Shown here: positions 38,301-51,000 of the stretch, piece by piece
How positions within the stretch are numbered: position 1 is the first letter of the stretch
How the letters are laid out: every line of letters starts with the position of its first letter
DNA from: Felis catus
Lineage: Eukaryota
Assembly (NCBI RefSeq): GCF_018350175.1
Contig: NC_058372.1
Coordinates: 32,054,001 to 32,118,000 of the forward strand
Reading direction: 5' to 3'
Length of the DNA: 64,000 bases
Program-made: the position numbers and the translations under genes
The notes under the pieces: generated by a model
Databases searched by the model: none
Told to the model about the DNA's origin: nothing
The model's input: only the letters and a program-made list of their open reading frames with translations

Positions 38301-40628
38301 ATATGCAGGGTTTTGGGGTTTTTTTTTTTACAGTACAATACTATAAATGTATTTTCTTTATGATTTTCTTTTTTTTTTTTTCTAATGTTTATTCATTTTT
38401 AAGAGAGAGAGAGACAGAGCACAAGCAGGGGAGGGCCAGAGAGAGTGGGAGACACAGAATCCGAAGCAGGCTCCAGGCTCCCAAGTCATCAGCACAGAGC
38501 CCAGCGTGGGGCTGGAACCCACAAACCGCGAGATCATGACCTGAGTCAAAGTCGGACGCTTAACCGACTGAGCCACCCAGGCGCCCCTATGATTAATTTT
38601 CTTAATAATATTTTTTCTTTAGCTTACTGTAAACATACAGTATGTAATACATATAACAAAACATATGTTAATCATTGTTTACATTATCAGTAAGATTTTC
38701 AGTCAACAGTAAGCTATGAATGGTTAAGTTTTGGGAAAGTCAAGTACACAGAGATTTTCGACTGCTGGGGGCGGGGTCAGCGCCTATAGCCACCCCCCAC
38801 CCCCAATACACACAGTTGTTCAGAGTAAGCTGTATTTGGAGATAGGGGCTGTGAAGAGGTGATAATGGTTAAATGGGATCATTAACATAGGGCCCTAACC
38901 TGATATGCTGGTGTCCTTTTAAGAAAAGGAAGCAACACCAGAGCTCACTTTCTCTCCTCCATGAGGACACAACCAGAAGTGGCCATCTGCAACCACAAGG
39001 AGAGAGCTCTCATCAGACACCAACCCTGCGAACACCTTAATCTTAGACTTGATCTCAGACTTCTAGCCTCCAGAACTGTGGGAAAATAAATATTAAGACA
39101 TCTATTCTGTGATATTTTGTTAAAGCAACCCAAGTAGATGCAACAACCAAATATGATATATAGAACTGTTTTTGACCCTGATTCAAGCAAACCAGCTGTA
39201 AAATAACATCACTAAGACAACTGGGAAAATTTTAATATGGGCTAGGAATTAACTGATATTAAGGAATTATTGTGTGGTTTGTTTATGACAATGTTTCTTT
39301 TTTTAAGTTTATTTATTTATTTTGAGAGACAGAGTACGAGCAGCAGAGGAACAGAGGGAGATGGAGAGACAGAATCCCAGGCAGGCTCTGAGCTGTCGGC
39401 GCAGAGACCTATGTGGGGCTCGGTCTCACGAACAGTGAGATCATGACCTGAGCCTAGATCAAGAGTCAGAAGCTTAACCAACTGAGCCACCCAGGTACCC
39501 CAATGGTTTTCTGAATTTTTTTTTTAACGTTAATTTATTTTTGAGACAGAGAGAGACAGAGTATGAATGGGGGAGGGTCAGAGAGAGAGGGAGACACAGA
39601 ATCTGAAGCAGGCTCCGGGCTCTGAGCTGTCAGCACAGAGCCCGACACGGGGCTCGAACTCACAGACTGAGATCATGACCCGAGCTGAAGTCGGATGCTC
39701 AACCGACTGAGCCACTCAGGTGCCCCTGTAAATTCTTTTTAAGTCCTTATTTGATAAAGATGCTTACTGAAGTAACTAGGAGTAAAATCATATGGTGCCT
39801 GGTATATATATACTTTAAAACACCAAAAAAAGAAAATAGGTGGGGGGAGAATTGGTGGAACAACGATATCTACACAGATGGGTGATGGGCCTATGGGGGT
39901 TCATTATACCACTCTCTCTACTTTTATAGGTCTTTGAAATTTCCCATAACAATTGTTTTATTGTTTTTTTTAAAATTTTTTTTAACGTTTATTTATTTTT
40001 TTTGAGACAGAGAGAGACAGAGCATGAACAGGGGAGGGGCAGAGAGAGAGGGAGACACAGAATCTGAAACAGGCTCCAGGCTCTGAGCTGTCAGCACAGA
40101 GCCCGACGCGGGGCTCGAACTCACGGACCGTGAGATCATGACCTGAGCCGAAGTCGGATGCTTAACCGACCAAGCCACCCAGGCGCCCCACAATTGTTTT
40201 TTAAAAAATGAGAATTAAATACCATACACACAAACTGCGTTAGGACAGTGTATTTGTCAACAAACATTTTGAAGTATTTGATAAGAAATACTGTCTAAAT
40301 GTGTATTAGCAAAATTACCAATGATCTGTGACACTAGAAAGATTCATTTTAAATTTTACGTTAAGACAACAACTTTCATTTTCTTAAATCCCTAATCAAG
40401 CAGAAATGCTTGAAAAGGAAGACTGAGCACAGCAACTAGTTTTTACCCCCAGGGGTCTGTGAGAAGCAGAGAATTGTCCCACCTGGGCGCTCTCATGGCT
40501 CCCTATCTGTACTACTCTAATGGCCCAAATTGCTTTCTATTCTACATTACAATTACCCATGACAAACCTGCTGAGAACCTTCTAGAGAGCAGAATCTACA
40601 TCTGATCACCTTTTTTTTTTTTTTCCCC

Positions 40629-40677
<49 letters not shown>

Positions 40678-43409
40678 CACACAAGTGGAAGGGGCAGAGA
40701 AGAGAGGGAGACAAACAGGGTCCTGCAGAGCCTGACCCAGGGCTCAAACTCAGGAACCCTGAGATCATGACCTGAGTGGAAATCAAGAGTCAGCAGCTTA
40801 ACTGAGTGAGCCACCCAGGTGCCCCCTGATCGTGTTCTTGACTCTTAAAAATGTCCAGGGCTACCCCAAGATTCTGACTTAATTCTCCTGGAGTGGTAGG
40901 ATTCAGTGTATTTTATTATTTTTTTAAGTTTATTTATTTATTTTGAGAGAGTGAGTGAGCTCTGGTACATGAATGAGGGAGGGGCAGAGAGAGAGAGAGA
41001 GAGAGAGAGAAAATCCTCTCCTCGGGCCGGAACTCACCAACCATGAGATCATGACCTGAGCCTAAAGCAAGAGGCTAACACAACCGACTGAGCCACCTAG
41101 GCGTCCCTATATTCAGTACATTTTAGAAACTTCCAACAGGACTCTTACTTGCAGCCTGGACTGAGAACCACTGGGCCCTAATTTATCCTTGGTGCTAATA
41201 AATATTGAACCAGTGAATACATTAACAAAGTGATATGATAGTCACATGATAGTCACAACAGAAAGGCGGATAGGAAACAGCATCCACATTTTACAGTTGG
41301 AAAAACAGACTCAGAGAAAAAGTATGTTGTCACCCTCACCTCAGTGAAGCCAGAAGCCCTGGGAAATACTCCTTGCCACTGGAGAGAGCTACTATCCCCA
41401 CAAGGAGCAGTTTGCCTCTGCCCCTACCTAGGGTGGGTCCTGGGAGCTAAGAACAGAAGTGTAGGCAGAGGTGATTAGGCAGTTGCTGAGTCCCTTTCCC
41501 TGGTCCTGTAGGTGATTCACTTTCAGGGAGGAGGGTAGCAGGAAAACTGTCCTGGGGAAGGGAAGGGAGGGTACAGCCCTCAGCTGGGGTTTATCTGCTG
41601 GTTGGGCTGTGTCATTTACAAACAATGGCACAAGGGAAGCCTGGCTGGCTCAGTCCAAAGAGCAAATGGCTTTTGATCTCAGGGTCTTGAGTTCGAGCCC
41701 CAGGCTGAGCGTAGAGATTACTTATACATACATACATACATACATACATACATACATACATACATACATAAAATTTAAATCAACTTTAAACTTTAAAAAA
41801 AAGTCGCACAAGATTGAGGGAAGCCAATGACTACTCATATCCTACCCACCTTCTGCTGCGAGAAAGGTGAGCTCCTAGATACCCAGTTGATTGTTTTTAT
41901 CTGCCCACTTCCTTCTCATGCCTCCTCTCGGCAAAGTGCCAGACCCCTGGGCGTCAAAACCGCGTTGCACCATGCACAGAAATGGGTCTTTGCAGTGGAA
42001 ACCATGAGGTCTCCTGCCCTGTCTCTTCCTCCAAGTCCACCATTTGGTGACCACAGAATCAGCGCATCCTCACGAACTATAGGAAAGGGGCAGTCAGAAA
42101 ATGTCAACGCTCTAGATAGCAAGAACCTTTGTTTTGCTAAGTGCAGAAGTTCCGGATGTGGGCACGGATGGGGCTTGAACCCTGGTTTTTGAAACAGAGT
42201 GAAACGCAAGATAAAGATCCAGGAGGAGAGGAGAAAAAAAATTTCCTGCTTCTGAGCCCCTCCCAAACCCCATTCCCTTACAAGTTACTCAACGTCCAGT
42301 GTAGGCAAAGTCAGCCACTCTTCCCAAAGCTCTGCCCCTGGGAACTCCACGAAGCCCCACCCCCAAACCGCAGGTTGTGGGTGGTTGTTTTCAACTGGGC
42401 AGGAGCTAGAATAAGCTGTTAGCGGTAGATTGTTTAATCTTAGCCGAACCGCCTTGCTTTACAAGTAAGGAAACTAAGCCCCAATTAGTTCCAATTAAGT
42501 TACACAGAGCGAGTCACAGGCAGATCTAGACCCTTAGAATCTACCCGTTCACCTCTACTTCCCCGTCCCAGCTACCTGTTACCATGGTGATGAGATTAGG
42601 TTCCGGCTGAGGCTCGGACTCTGGTCTCAGGAAGCTGGAGAGACTTAAGATCGGGCTGGACACGCTGACCATGAGCCAAGTCCCATCCAGGGCCCGAGGG
42701 CAGCTCTGCTCCGGGGTCAAGCCACTGGCCCAATTCGCTGAGGCAGGGAGCGGGAGGTAGCGGCTCATCTCGCAGTGTGGCGCAGGGGCGTCCGAGGGGT
42801 ACCGCCTGAAGGCAGCCTGCAGGGCTCCCGCGGGGTCTGTGAGCGCGGACAAGGGAATTGCTGCTGTAGTCACCACCAGGAACGCGACGGGGAGGGCAGC
42901 GTCCAGGGAATTCCAAATGCACAAACTACCCAGTAGTGAGAGATTTACAGGTAATCCAGGCTCATTTTACAAGGGGAAACTGAGGCCTGAGGTCACAGTG
43001 CGACCTAAAGAGGAGGGGGTTTCGGTGGAAGTGGGAGTTGAAGGCGAGTCCGGGATGACTCACCGCGCACTTTGAGGTAGAGCTCGGGTTCGAGGTCCGG
43101 CCGGGGAGGTAGTCTCCCTGGGCCCTGGCGTAGCAGCAGTGCGGCGGGTTTCTTGGTCAGGCGGCCCCCGCCCGCGTCCTCCACCATCCAGCACTCTATC
43201 ACCGCGGGTCCCGCCGAGACGGCGGTCACCAAGCCTGGAGGAGAGGGGCGCGAGTGAGGGAGCGGTCCAGAGGTCAGGCGACCCTCGTCCCGCACCCCCG
43301 CGTCTGGCGCGTGGTGGGTCACCTCCCTCCGCCTCTTCCCTGTTCTTGAGCAGAGTCTCGGGGTTCGCTCACCCAAAGCCACGGAGAGGAGCAGAGACAG
43401 GGGCTTCAT
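32397..43409 (-). CDS. TAPBP: Tapasin (TAP-binding protein), 8 exons, 449 aa
   Basis: Exons 43409-43373, 43234-43064, 42836-42576, 34939-34541, 34168-33827, 33698-33609, 33450-33413, 32408-32397 total 1350 nt. Signal peptide, ERp57-linking Cys in EQSCPRALDG, NGT glycosylation site, IgC domain, TM Lys (LIKALGW), C-terminal KKAQ dilysine ER motif; AATAAA 31322-31317. Confidence 0.97.
32605..33193. mobile_element. MER3-like hAT relic interrupted by two tail-to-tail CAN-SINEs (32701-32918 +, about 32934-33111 -)
   Basis: MER3-like ends (ctgctgtc...agtagccac / tttctgttggacagtgctg); SINE heads ggggcgcctgggtggctcag and its reverse complement. Confidence 0.75.
36771..41803. mobile_element. Dense repeat cluster in TAPBP intron 3: about 10 CAN-SINEs, MLT1 LTR, Tigger2-like element, old L1, MER5-like element
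   Basis: SINEs on + at 36771, 36954, 37669, 41633 (with (TACA)n tail); on - ending at 38587, 39501, 39726, 40189, 40826, 41107. MLT1 about 38172-39145; Tigger2-like 38255-38834. Confidence 0.8.
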
Positions 43410-43450
43410 GGCGCAGCGATCTGCTCAGCTCTGAAACCTCCACTTCTCCC

Positions 43451-43620
43451 TTTCACTTTCATTTTCCTTGAAAGGCCGGCTGGAGAGTCGCCGGAAATCC
43501 CCTCTGGTTGGGTGAGGCCACGTGGGAGACAGGTGCTTTCCGCACTGGCCAGGCACAGATCCCGGAACACTATCTCCAGTTCTGATCTGGGGACCTCAGC
43601 CCCGCCCCGCCCCGCCCCTC
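43451..43620 (-). promoter_or_regulatory. Interferon/NF-kB-responsive TAPBP promoter and 5' UTR
   Basis: ISRE/IRF-E GAAAATGAAAGTGAAA (43466-43451), GAS TTCCTTGAA 43464-43472, kB GGGGATTTCC (43502-43493), GC boxes 43599-43620. Confidence 0.85.
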
Positions 43621-44367
43621 CCTCTTGGACCACACAGCACCACCCACTTCCAGAAACCCTCCCCAACCCTAGGCTCCCCCTCGGTGCCCTCCTTCCAGAA
43701 ACTACTTCCTAGAGAACCGTTACTCCGCTTTCCCCAACCTGCTTCGGATCCCCAGCAAACACATAGGGCCTGTTGGCAAGCCAAGTGAAATGACCAATAA
43801 ATATTTTAATCACCATTTTAAAAAAAATAAGATTTAAAATAAAAACCTTGTATTCTTACAACTTATATTCCCTCCTTGTCTTCACTCCCTCCTCAATGAG
43901 AATCCAGTTGGAGGTCCCCCAAGGAGAGATAGGAGGGATTAGGGTGGAAATAAAGGGCACGTCCTTAGCGGGGTGGGGTAGGTTCTAGGACAAGGGTGGG
44001 GCTCAAAACCTGGTCCCCACAACAACACAAACACAGACTTCAGGTACAGACTACAACCACCTGACCCTTGACCCTGTGACTCCAGGATGCTCCATAGCCC
44101 CTTTCCCTCCCCCCACCACCATATGCGCCCTAGTCTGGAGCTGAGGGAAAGGAAGGACTTAGTTCCAGGGATACTTTGTGGGAGAGGGGCTGAGGGATGG
44201 AATGGGGTGGCCGATGGTGCAACATTGTTCCCCCTCCAAAATATATACAAGTCCGGTAGAGATAAGGAAGACAGTAAGCGTGGTGGGAGATCACCTGAGG
44301 GCCACAGCGCCCCTGGCTGGTGCTCCCGGTTTCCTCTTCCCCCAAAGCTGCCTCCAGGAGCCCCCCT

Positions 44368-46275
44368 TCAGTTTGTTCCTCCTCCTCCACCAAAGCCCAT
44401 CTCCACCTTGTGGACACTGGGTGGGGACCAGACCCTTCGGCTGGACTGGGGCGTGGCCCCACTCGCCTCGTCGCCGCTGCCCCCACCCACTCCAGGAGAC
44501 TCTCTCTTGGGCGGCAGGGCTGGCCCAGCGGGCCCTCCGGGTCCGGGTCCGCCCCCGCCCAGGCGGTGCCGGCGCTCACAGTGTCCCCGGTGGCGCATGA
44601 AGCTGTCTCGCCACATGAACTTCTTGGCGCAGACGCCACACTCATAGGGTTTCAGACCTGTGTGTGTCTTCATGTGCTCCGTCAGGTGGTGCTTCATCTT
44701 AAACTTTTTGTTGCACACGGGGCAGTCAAAGGGCCGCAGGTTGAGGTGCATGTTCACATGCCGATCTCGCATGCTCTTGTGGGAGAAGGCCTTCCCACAG
44801 TGGCACAAAAAGATCTTATTCCCATCCCCACTGCCTGCCCCTCCAGGGGTCCCTCCAGCACCAGCCGGCATGCCCAGGCTCCCTGCTGAGGTGCCCCCCA
44901 GGGTCACCGCCCCGTGTTCAGCTTGGTTCCCTGGTGGCTGGCCTGGGGCCTGTGAGGAGGAGGAGGAGGAGGAGGATGAAGACGATGGGAAGACCAGGAT
45001 CTGGTTGCCCTGCATGTCCAAGGGAAGCAGGGGCCTCGGAGGGTGGGAGGGGGCATAGGAGGAAGGGGTTGGCCCCCCAGAATCATCAAGCCCCGCCCCA
45101 GGACCCCCACCCTCATAGGAGCCAAAGTCATTGGAGGACTCACAGAAATTGACCTGCTCCTCTCCCTTGTCCGGAGGCTCAGTCAGGGTCCGGACATCAC
45201 TTATGCTAAGGGTAGCCTCTGGTCCTCCAGCCTCGGGAACCCTGGAGCCACCCCCGAGCTCTTCATCTTCATCATCCTCACAGGTCAACACCAGGTCTTC
45301 CTCCTCCTCATCCTCTTCCAGATCTGGGTCTTGGGGAACGAGGGGTGCTGGTGCTGGGCTGGTTCCACCCCGCTTCACATATACCCAGTGTTTCTGTGGC
45401 ATGATGCTGGGGGGTGCATAGGTGGGCCGCCGGAGCCCACCCCCAGGGACCACAGCACCTCTCCCATCCCCATCATCGCAGAGCTCATCTGCCTCCAGCA
45501 GCAGCTTCCCAGAGGTAGCCCCGCCACTGCCAACCACAGGGGCTGGGAATACAGGGCCACCTCCTCGACGTTCCCCACTGCCCACTGCAGAAGCTGCAAA
45601 TGCCTCTTGGGAAGAAGATGAGAAATCAGTGGACTCTCGGGGGCTGAAGTAGTTGCTGCTGCTGGGGGACTGATTCTCACTGGCTCGGCTGGAGGCATGG
45701 GAGCGCACAGAGCCCATGGTGGCAGGGGCCACAGTGGCCCCACTCCCTGATGGGACCCCAGCACCAGGGACAGTGGCAGAAGTGGCAGCAGCAGTGGTGA
45801 TGGTGGTGGTGGTGGCTGAGGCCCGGCCTTCGCGGAGGAGTTCAGTGCACTTATCCACGATGTGCCACATTTGGAGCACCGACCCCACTGTGAGGAAGTT
45901 GACAATGTCAGCAGCAGCCATGCTGAGGCGACCAGTGTAAGCGGAAGCCAAGACAGTCTCGAAGGCGCCCGGGTCCATGACGCTGGGCAGAGAGATGGAG
46001 GTCATGCCCTTGAGTAAAACCTGGTCGTGGAAGTAAGGGGAGGAGGCAGCCAGGACAGCACGATGAGCCCTGAACTCCCGGCCCTGCACTCGGATGGACA
46101 CATCGCAGAGCTGGCCCTGTAGCCGCTGCTGATTGAGGGACTCCAGAAGGGCACTGGTCACCTCAGGGAAGGACACGTGGACCACTGCAGCTGCAGGCAG
46201 GGGCAGTGGGGGTGGGGCCAGTGACAGAGGCAGGGGGAGTGCTGCCCCACTGGGAGAGAGAGGAGATGGCTCCAT
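44368..46275 (-). CDS. ZBTB22: Zinc finger and BTB domain-containing protein 22 (BING1), 635 aa, single coding exon
   Basis: BTB domain (LCDVSIRVQGREFRAHRAVLAASSPYF) and three C-terminal zinc fingers; acceptor at 46346-46345; ATTAAA 43810-43805. Confidence 0.98.
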   Translation of the reverse strand: MEPSPLSPSGAALPLPLSLAPPPLPLPAAAVVHVSFPEVTSALLESLNQQRLQGQLCDVSIRVQGREFRAHRAVLAASSPYFHDQVLLKGMTSISLPSVMDPGAFETVLASAYTGRLSMAAADIVNFLTVGSVLQMWHIVDKCTELLREGRASATTTTITTAAATSATVPGAGVPSGSGATVAPATMGSVRSHASSRASENQSPSSSNYFSPRESTDFSSSSQEAFAASAVGSGERRGGGPVFPAPVVGSGGATSGKLLLEADELCDDGDGRGAVVPGGGLRRPTYAPPSIMPQKHWVYVKRGGTSPAPAPLVPQDPDLEEDEEEEDLVLTCEDDEDEELGGGSRVPEAGGPEATLSISDVRTLTEPPDKGEEQVNFCESSNDFGSYEGGGPGAGLDDSGGPTPSSYAPSHPPRPLLPLDMQGNQILVFPSSSSSSSSSSSQAPGQPPGNQAEHGAVTLGGTSAGSLGMPAGAGGTPGGAGSGDGNKIFLCHCGKAFSHKSMRDRHVNMHLNLRPFDCPVCNKKFKMKHHLTEHMKTHTGLKPYECGVCAKKFMWRDSFMRHRGHCERRHRLGGGGPGPGGPAGPALPPKRESPGVGGGSGDEASGATPQSSRRVWSPPSVHKVEMGFGGGGGTN

Positions 46276-48027
46276 GGCGTGGAGGGAGGGGGTACCCCCC
46301 CAGCCACAGGAACAAGGGAAGGAGGAGGGCGGCCGGGGGGGTCTCTGGGAAGAAAAAGAGAGAAGAATGATAACATCTCATAATAACACAGCCCTTCCCT
46401 CTACAGTTTAAAAACATGTTCATACCCTTTATCCGAGTAATTCCCCACAACACTGTAAGGTAGGTATTCCTCTCAACCCCATTTGACAGATGAGGAAACT
46501 GAGGCTCGGAAAGATTACGAGATTATCCAAGGTCACAGAGCCAGTAAGTGGCAGTGCCAGGAAACACAGATGTCCTGACTCCTAATCCAGTGCTCTTTCC
46601 TTGGAGATTAGAGAAATAAGGTGTTCTTGGGGAGTGGGGTGCCTCCCCTCGGAATTTCCCATTTGCCTGAAAGCCTGAATTTCCAAAATTTACCTTACTG
46701 GTGTTTTGCAACCTTTTCTTAGGAGGGGGGCAAGTCTGTTCCTGTACCGAAAACCATCCCTCCCTCCATGTCTTTTTAGGCTATGCCCTCCCCCCCCCAG
46801 CTCTGTCGGGAGCAAGGGCCCCTTTGCCCCTCAGCTTACCTCTAGCCCCGCCCCTTCAAGGCACGCCCCTTGGCCCTTTCGGCCCCGCCTCTTCAAGGCC
46901 CACCCCCGTGGCCCTCTCGGCCCCGCCCCTTGCCTACCCCCGCCCACACAGGACCCCGCCCCCCTCTGCTCCGCCCCAAGCGCTACTTCGACCTCCTCTC
47001 CCACCCGGAAGNNNNNNNNNNNNNNNNNNNNNNNNNNNNNNNNNNNNNNNNNNNNNNNNNNNNNNNNNNNNNNNNNNNNNNNNNNNNNNNNNNNNNNNNN
47101 NNNNNNNNNNNNNNNNNNNNNNNNNNNNNNNNNNNNNNNNNNNNNNNNNNNNNNNNNNNNNNNNNNNNNNNNNNNNNNNNNNCAGACGGGTACCCCGCCC
47201 GTGCCTCTGGGCACTACTCGGCCGACTAGACCACTTCTCCTTTAAAGAACAGCCGTCTCATTCCACCTTAAAGGTACCAGGTCTCTTCCTCTGCTGAAAA
47301 CGCAGGACTTGGTGTTTCGGCCGAAGCGCTCATTCCCCTTTAATTCTGTAAGCCTGCCCTTCCCATTGGCGAAGGGTTTTGGCCGTCGCTGCTTAGGCTC
47401 CGCCCCTGAGCTGTGGCCATTAGCAGGTTTGCGGGATCTAATCGCCCTGCTCTCCCAGCTTCAGACAGTCCCCCTGAAACCCCGCCCCCTTCCTCCGGGT
47501 CTGGATTGGCCAAATAACCTGGAGTCGGCCCCTGATTGGCCTTTTTACTCCAACCGCTCGAAGTGAGAAAGTAAAGCACATTCGGGAGGCTGGAACACAT
47601 TTCTTTTTCTTTTTTTCTTTCTTTCTTTCTTCTTTCTTTTTAGTGCCTGGCAGAGGGCAAGCGGAAGGCCTGAAGCCGAGGGAACTCAAAGAGAGGCAGG
47701 CTAAGGACAGGCTACAAAGGACAGCTCCAGGGGTAGTCCAGGCCCAGGCTAACCTTGAACCAGAGAATAGCCGGTGCCAATCGGCTGTGAGAGTAGAACA
47801 AGGAAAAGGAAAAGACANNNNNNNNNNNNNNNNNNNNNNNNNNNNNNNNNNNNNNNNNNNNNNNNNNNNNNNNNNNNNNNNNNNNNNNNNNNNNNNNNNN
47901 NNNNNNNNNNNNNNNNNNNNNNNNNNNNNNNNNNNNNNNNNNNNNNTTCCTCAGTCATCTGTTTCCCACCATCCTCCAAATACTATTCCAAAACATTTTG
48001 GAGGCAGGGAGTGGGGGGTAGAGGCAG

Positions 48028-51000
48028 CTAATCAGAGTCTGAGAGCACGATGATCTCCTCTGGATCGCACTGTGTGGCCACACTCATCTGCAGGGAGTGA
48101 GAGACAGAGTCAGAAAGAGACGTCTGGAATATAGGGGTAAAAGAAGCAAAGGGAAGGATTTCTCAGAGATTAAAAACTGGGGTTAGAAAAAAGGTCGAGA
48201 GAGGATGTGGTGGGTGCAAAATTCAGATGGAGTGCCTGAAACTGAACAGACAATGAAAGACAAGTCAGGAAACAACTGCCTCCCCCTCTTACCTTGTAAG
48301 TACCAGGCCGGGAGGGTTGTGAATGGGGGGCTTGGGACAACTGGGCTGGAGATGGGCTACAGAGGGAGCTGGTCACCAGGCCATGGCTAGGAGAGTCCAC
48401 TCTTGTCGAGGAATCAGCAACTGGGGCCATAGAAGTCAAGGGAGAAGGTGGGCTGGGCAGGGTAGATACCTTCTTCCCATTCTTCTCATGCACTGCCCTT
48501 TGCCTTTCTACATAGCTAGGGACAGAAACACAAATATGTGGAGGGGTATGAAGAGCCTGAGGCCGGAGGGGAATCATCCAGTCTCTTCCCAGCAGACCCA
48601 GTTCCTCAATACTCTCAGAAAGCCCCTTGCAATCTGTCCTTGGCCTCCCTCTTCTCCTCCTTGTCATTGTTACCTGTTTCCTAATGACCCTGCTCCAGTT
48701 TGCTTCTCCTTCCGGGATTTCTTGCACGGGGGACAGGAATCTCCCCAGGTGTGAGGAGACACACCTCCATTGAAGGAAGTGGAGGTGACCATGGCTGCTC
48801 CATTCTCCAAGACAGTGGTGAGGGGGTCCTCTGATTGCTTCCTGGAAGAAGAAACGTCCCTCTCCTCAGGGGAAGGAGTGGTATCCAGGGGCAAGGCTTC
48901 GATCTCGAGCTCAAAGAGCTGAGACATGGGGCTCTCTTCCTCCAGGGGTAACTCCTCAAGGTGTTCTCCGTTGCTTTCAGCATCTATGCTGGAGGGGGCC
49001 AAGGCGTCTTCTGACAGTGAAGATGGTGACATTATGAGTCCTTTGTTCTGCTGCTCCCCCACAGACTTGCTGATCCCTCTGCTAGATTCCAGGTTTTTTT
49101 CAGCGGAGATCTGCTGCAGTGGGGACATAGGGCTCTTGTCTCCATCCTGACCTGGAAAAGAAGAAAAGAGGGGAGAGGCAGCATGAGAACTAAGGGAAAG
49201 AATACTGCTGAGAGTGAGAGGAGGGAGGGAAGGGTCTCAAACAGGTGGTTCACATCCAAAAGAGTAGAGGGAACCGACACATGAGGGGACTGTTTCCTTG
49301 ACATACCTGCTTCCTCCTCCTCCTCCTCCTCCTCCTCTTCATCGTCCCCCTGACCTTCCTGCATCTGTTCGAGATCCTCCTCTTCTTCAGAATCTGTGGC
49401 CTCCTCCTCTTCTTCTTCCTCTTCCTCTTCTTCCTCCTCTTCCTCTTCTTCCTCTTCCTCATCACTTTCCTCATCTTCTTCGTCATCTGTCTCAGCCTTG
49501 GAGGTGGTAGGGCATTCCTGGGACACCATTCCACTAGGGCCCTGGGGGACAAAGGAATTTCTCTAAGGAATCCCTTGTCCCAGAGGGTCTGGTTCTCGGG
49601 TTCCTTCTGCACTTTTCCCAGTCAGTCACCCTAAACTCCCTGCTAGCTAGTGCAGGGGAAGGACAAGGTCTGTCTGAAGGGTTTATCCCTTCCATACCTC
49701 ACCAGAATCCAAGGAGGCTTTGGGGGAGTCTGCAGAGTGGGAAGAGGTGGCTTGGGGAAGCCGAGCCCTTCTCTTCTGTCTCTCGCCCTCCTCACTCTTG
49801 TCTTGCATCATTGCATATTTGGAGATGACCTCATCCAGCCGGCTCATAGCCAAGCTCCGGTTTTCTCGCAGGCGCCGGGCTAGGGCGGGATCTGACAGTG
49901 CAGGGTCAATGCCTACGTGGGAAGATATAAAGTCAGAGTACTCAGCCCAAACCCTAGAAGAAGGGACAAGAGAGATCCCCCCTCCACCAAACATCTGACA
50001 TATAAGGGTTGTTGACAGGCATCTCACTAATCCCTACCTGGCCTATAGTCATCTGTGAGGTGACAGCCAAAGTTGTAGATGAGATCAAGGTGGCGTCGTT
50101 CCTGTAACCTGATGCCCACATCTCGGAAGGCATCCTGAGCCATGAGCTGGAGCTGCTGTCGTGGGAGGCCGAGGCTGTGCCTAGCAGCTGCCTTCTCCAC
50201 AGCCCGCAGTACATCTCCATAGTCAGGGAAGGTATCAGGCCCTGGTTTGTTGATGAGCCGCTCAATGCGCCTGTTAACCTCTGGGTAGCGGGTGCCACGG
50301 TAGGGGATGCGCTGTTCTATGACACGGCCCGTCAGTGAAGAGCAGTCTTTGAGTTCACACAGCCGCCCAAAGAGGCGGATCAGCTTACGCTTCAACCTTG
50401 CCTCCTGCAGGTATGTGGAGTCTGGGTCATCCAACTCTGAGAGATCCAACTCCTTTTCCTGCAGCCGCCGGATCTCAGCCACATAGAGCGCTAGCAGCTG
50501 CTCCAAGCGCTGGATCTGCCGCCGGGAACCACGGGTCCTTGGGGCCTCAGAGGCAGTGGTCTCGGCATTTGTGGGGTCCGAGGAGGGGTCTGTGGGAGGG
50601 TTATTCCCAGAGGGTTCACTAGAGGTGGTGGCAGCAGGGGCCAGGTTCAGCTTCTTCTTGGCTGAATGGGCCTTGAGAACAGTGCAGAGCTCATTAATGT
50701 AGACATAGAGCTTAGCTGGCCGGCTCTGGGCCCGAGATAGGACCCGAGAGAGGATGTTGCAGAACTCCGCCGAGGCCAAAAACAGAGAGTGGGCACGCTG
50801 CTGCCGGTTATAGAGGAATGGGACCACCTCAGGGTGGTCTGCTGTCTGCGTCTTACACAGCTCAAGGAACTAGAGGATTCAGGGGAAGAGGTAGGGGGAA
50901 AGAGACAAGGGGAGGGGTTGAGAGAAAGAAGGCGAGGTGGGGTTAGTGGGGAAGAAAGGACAGGAGGGCCAGTCAGCCATCCCCCTCCCTGGGGTACAAG

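Noticed and set aside
44087-45940. Multiple ORFs antisense or out of frame to ZBTB22
   Set aside because: Shadow ORFs of a GC-rich coding exon.
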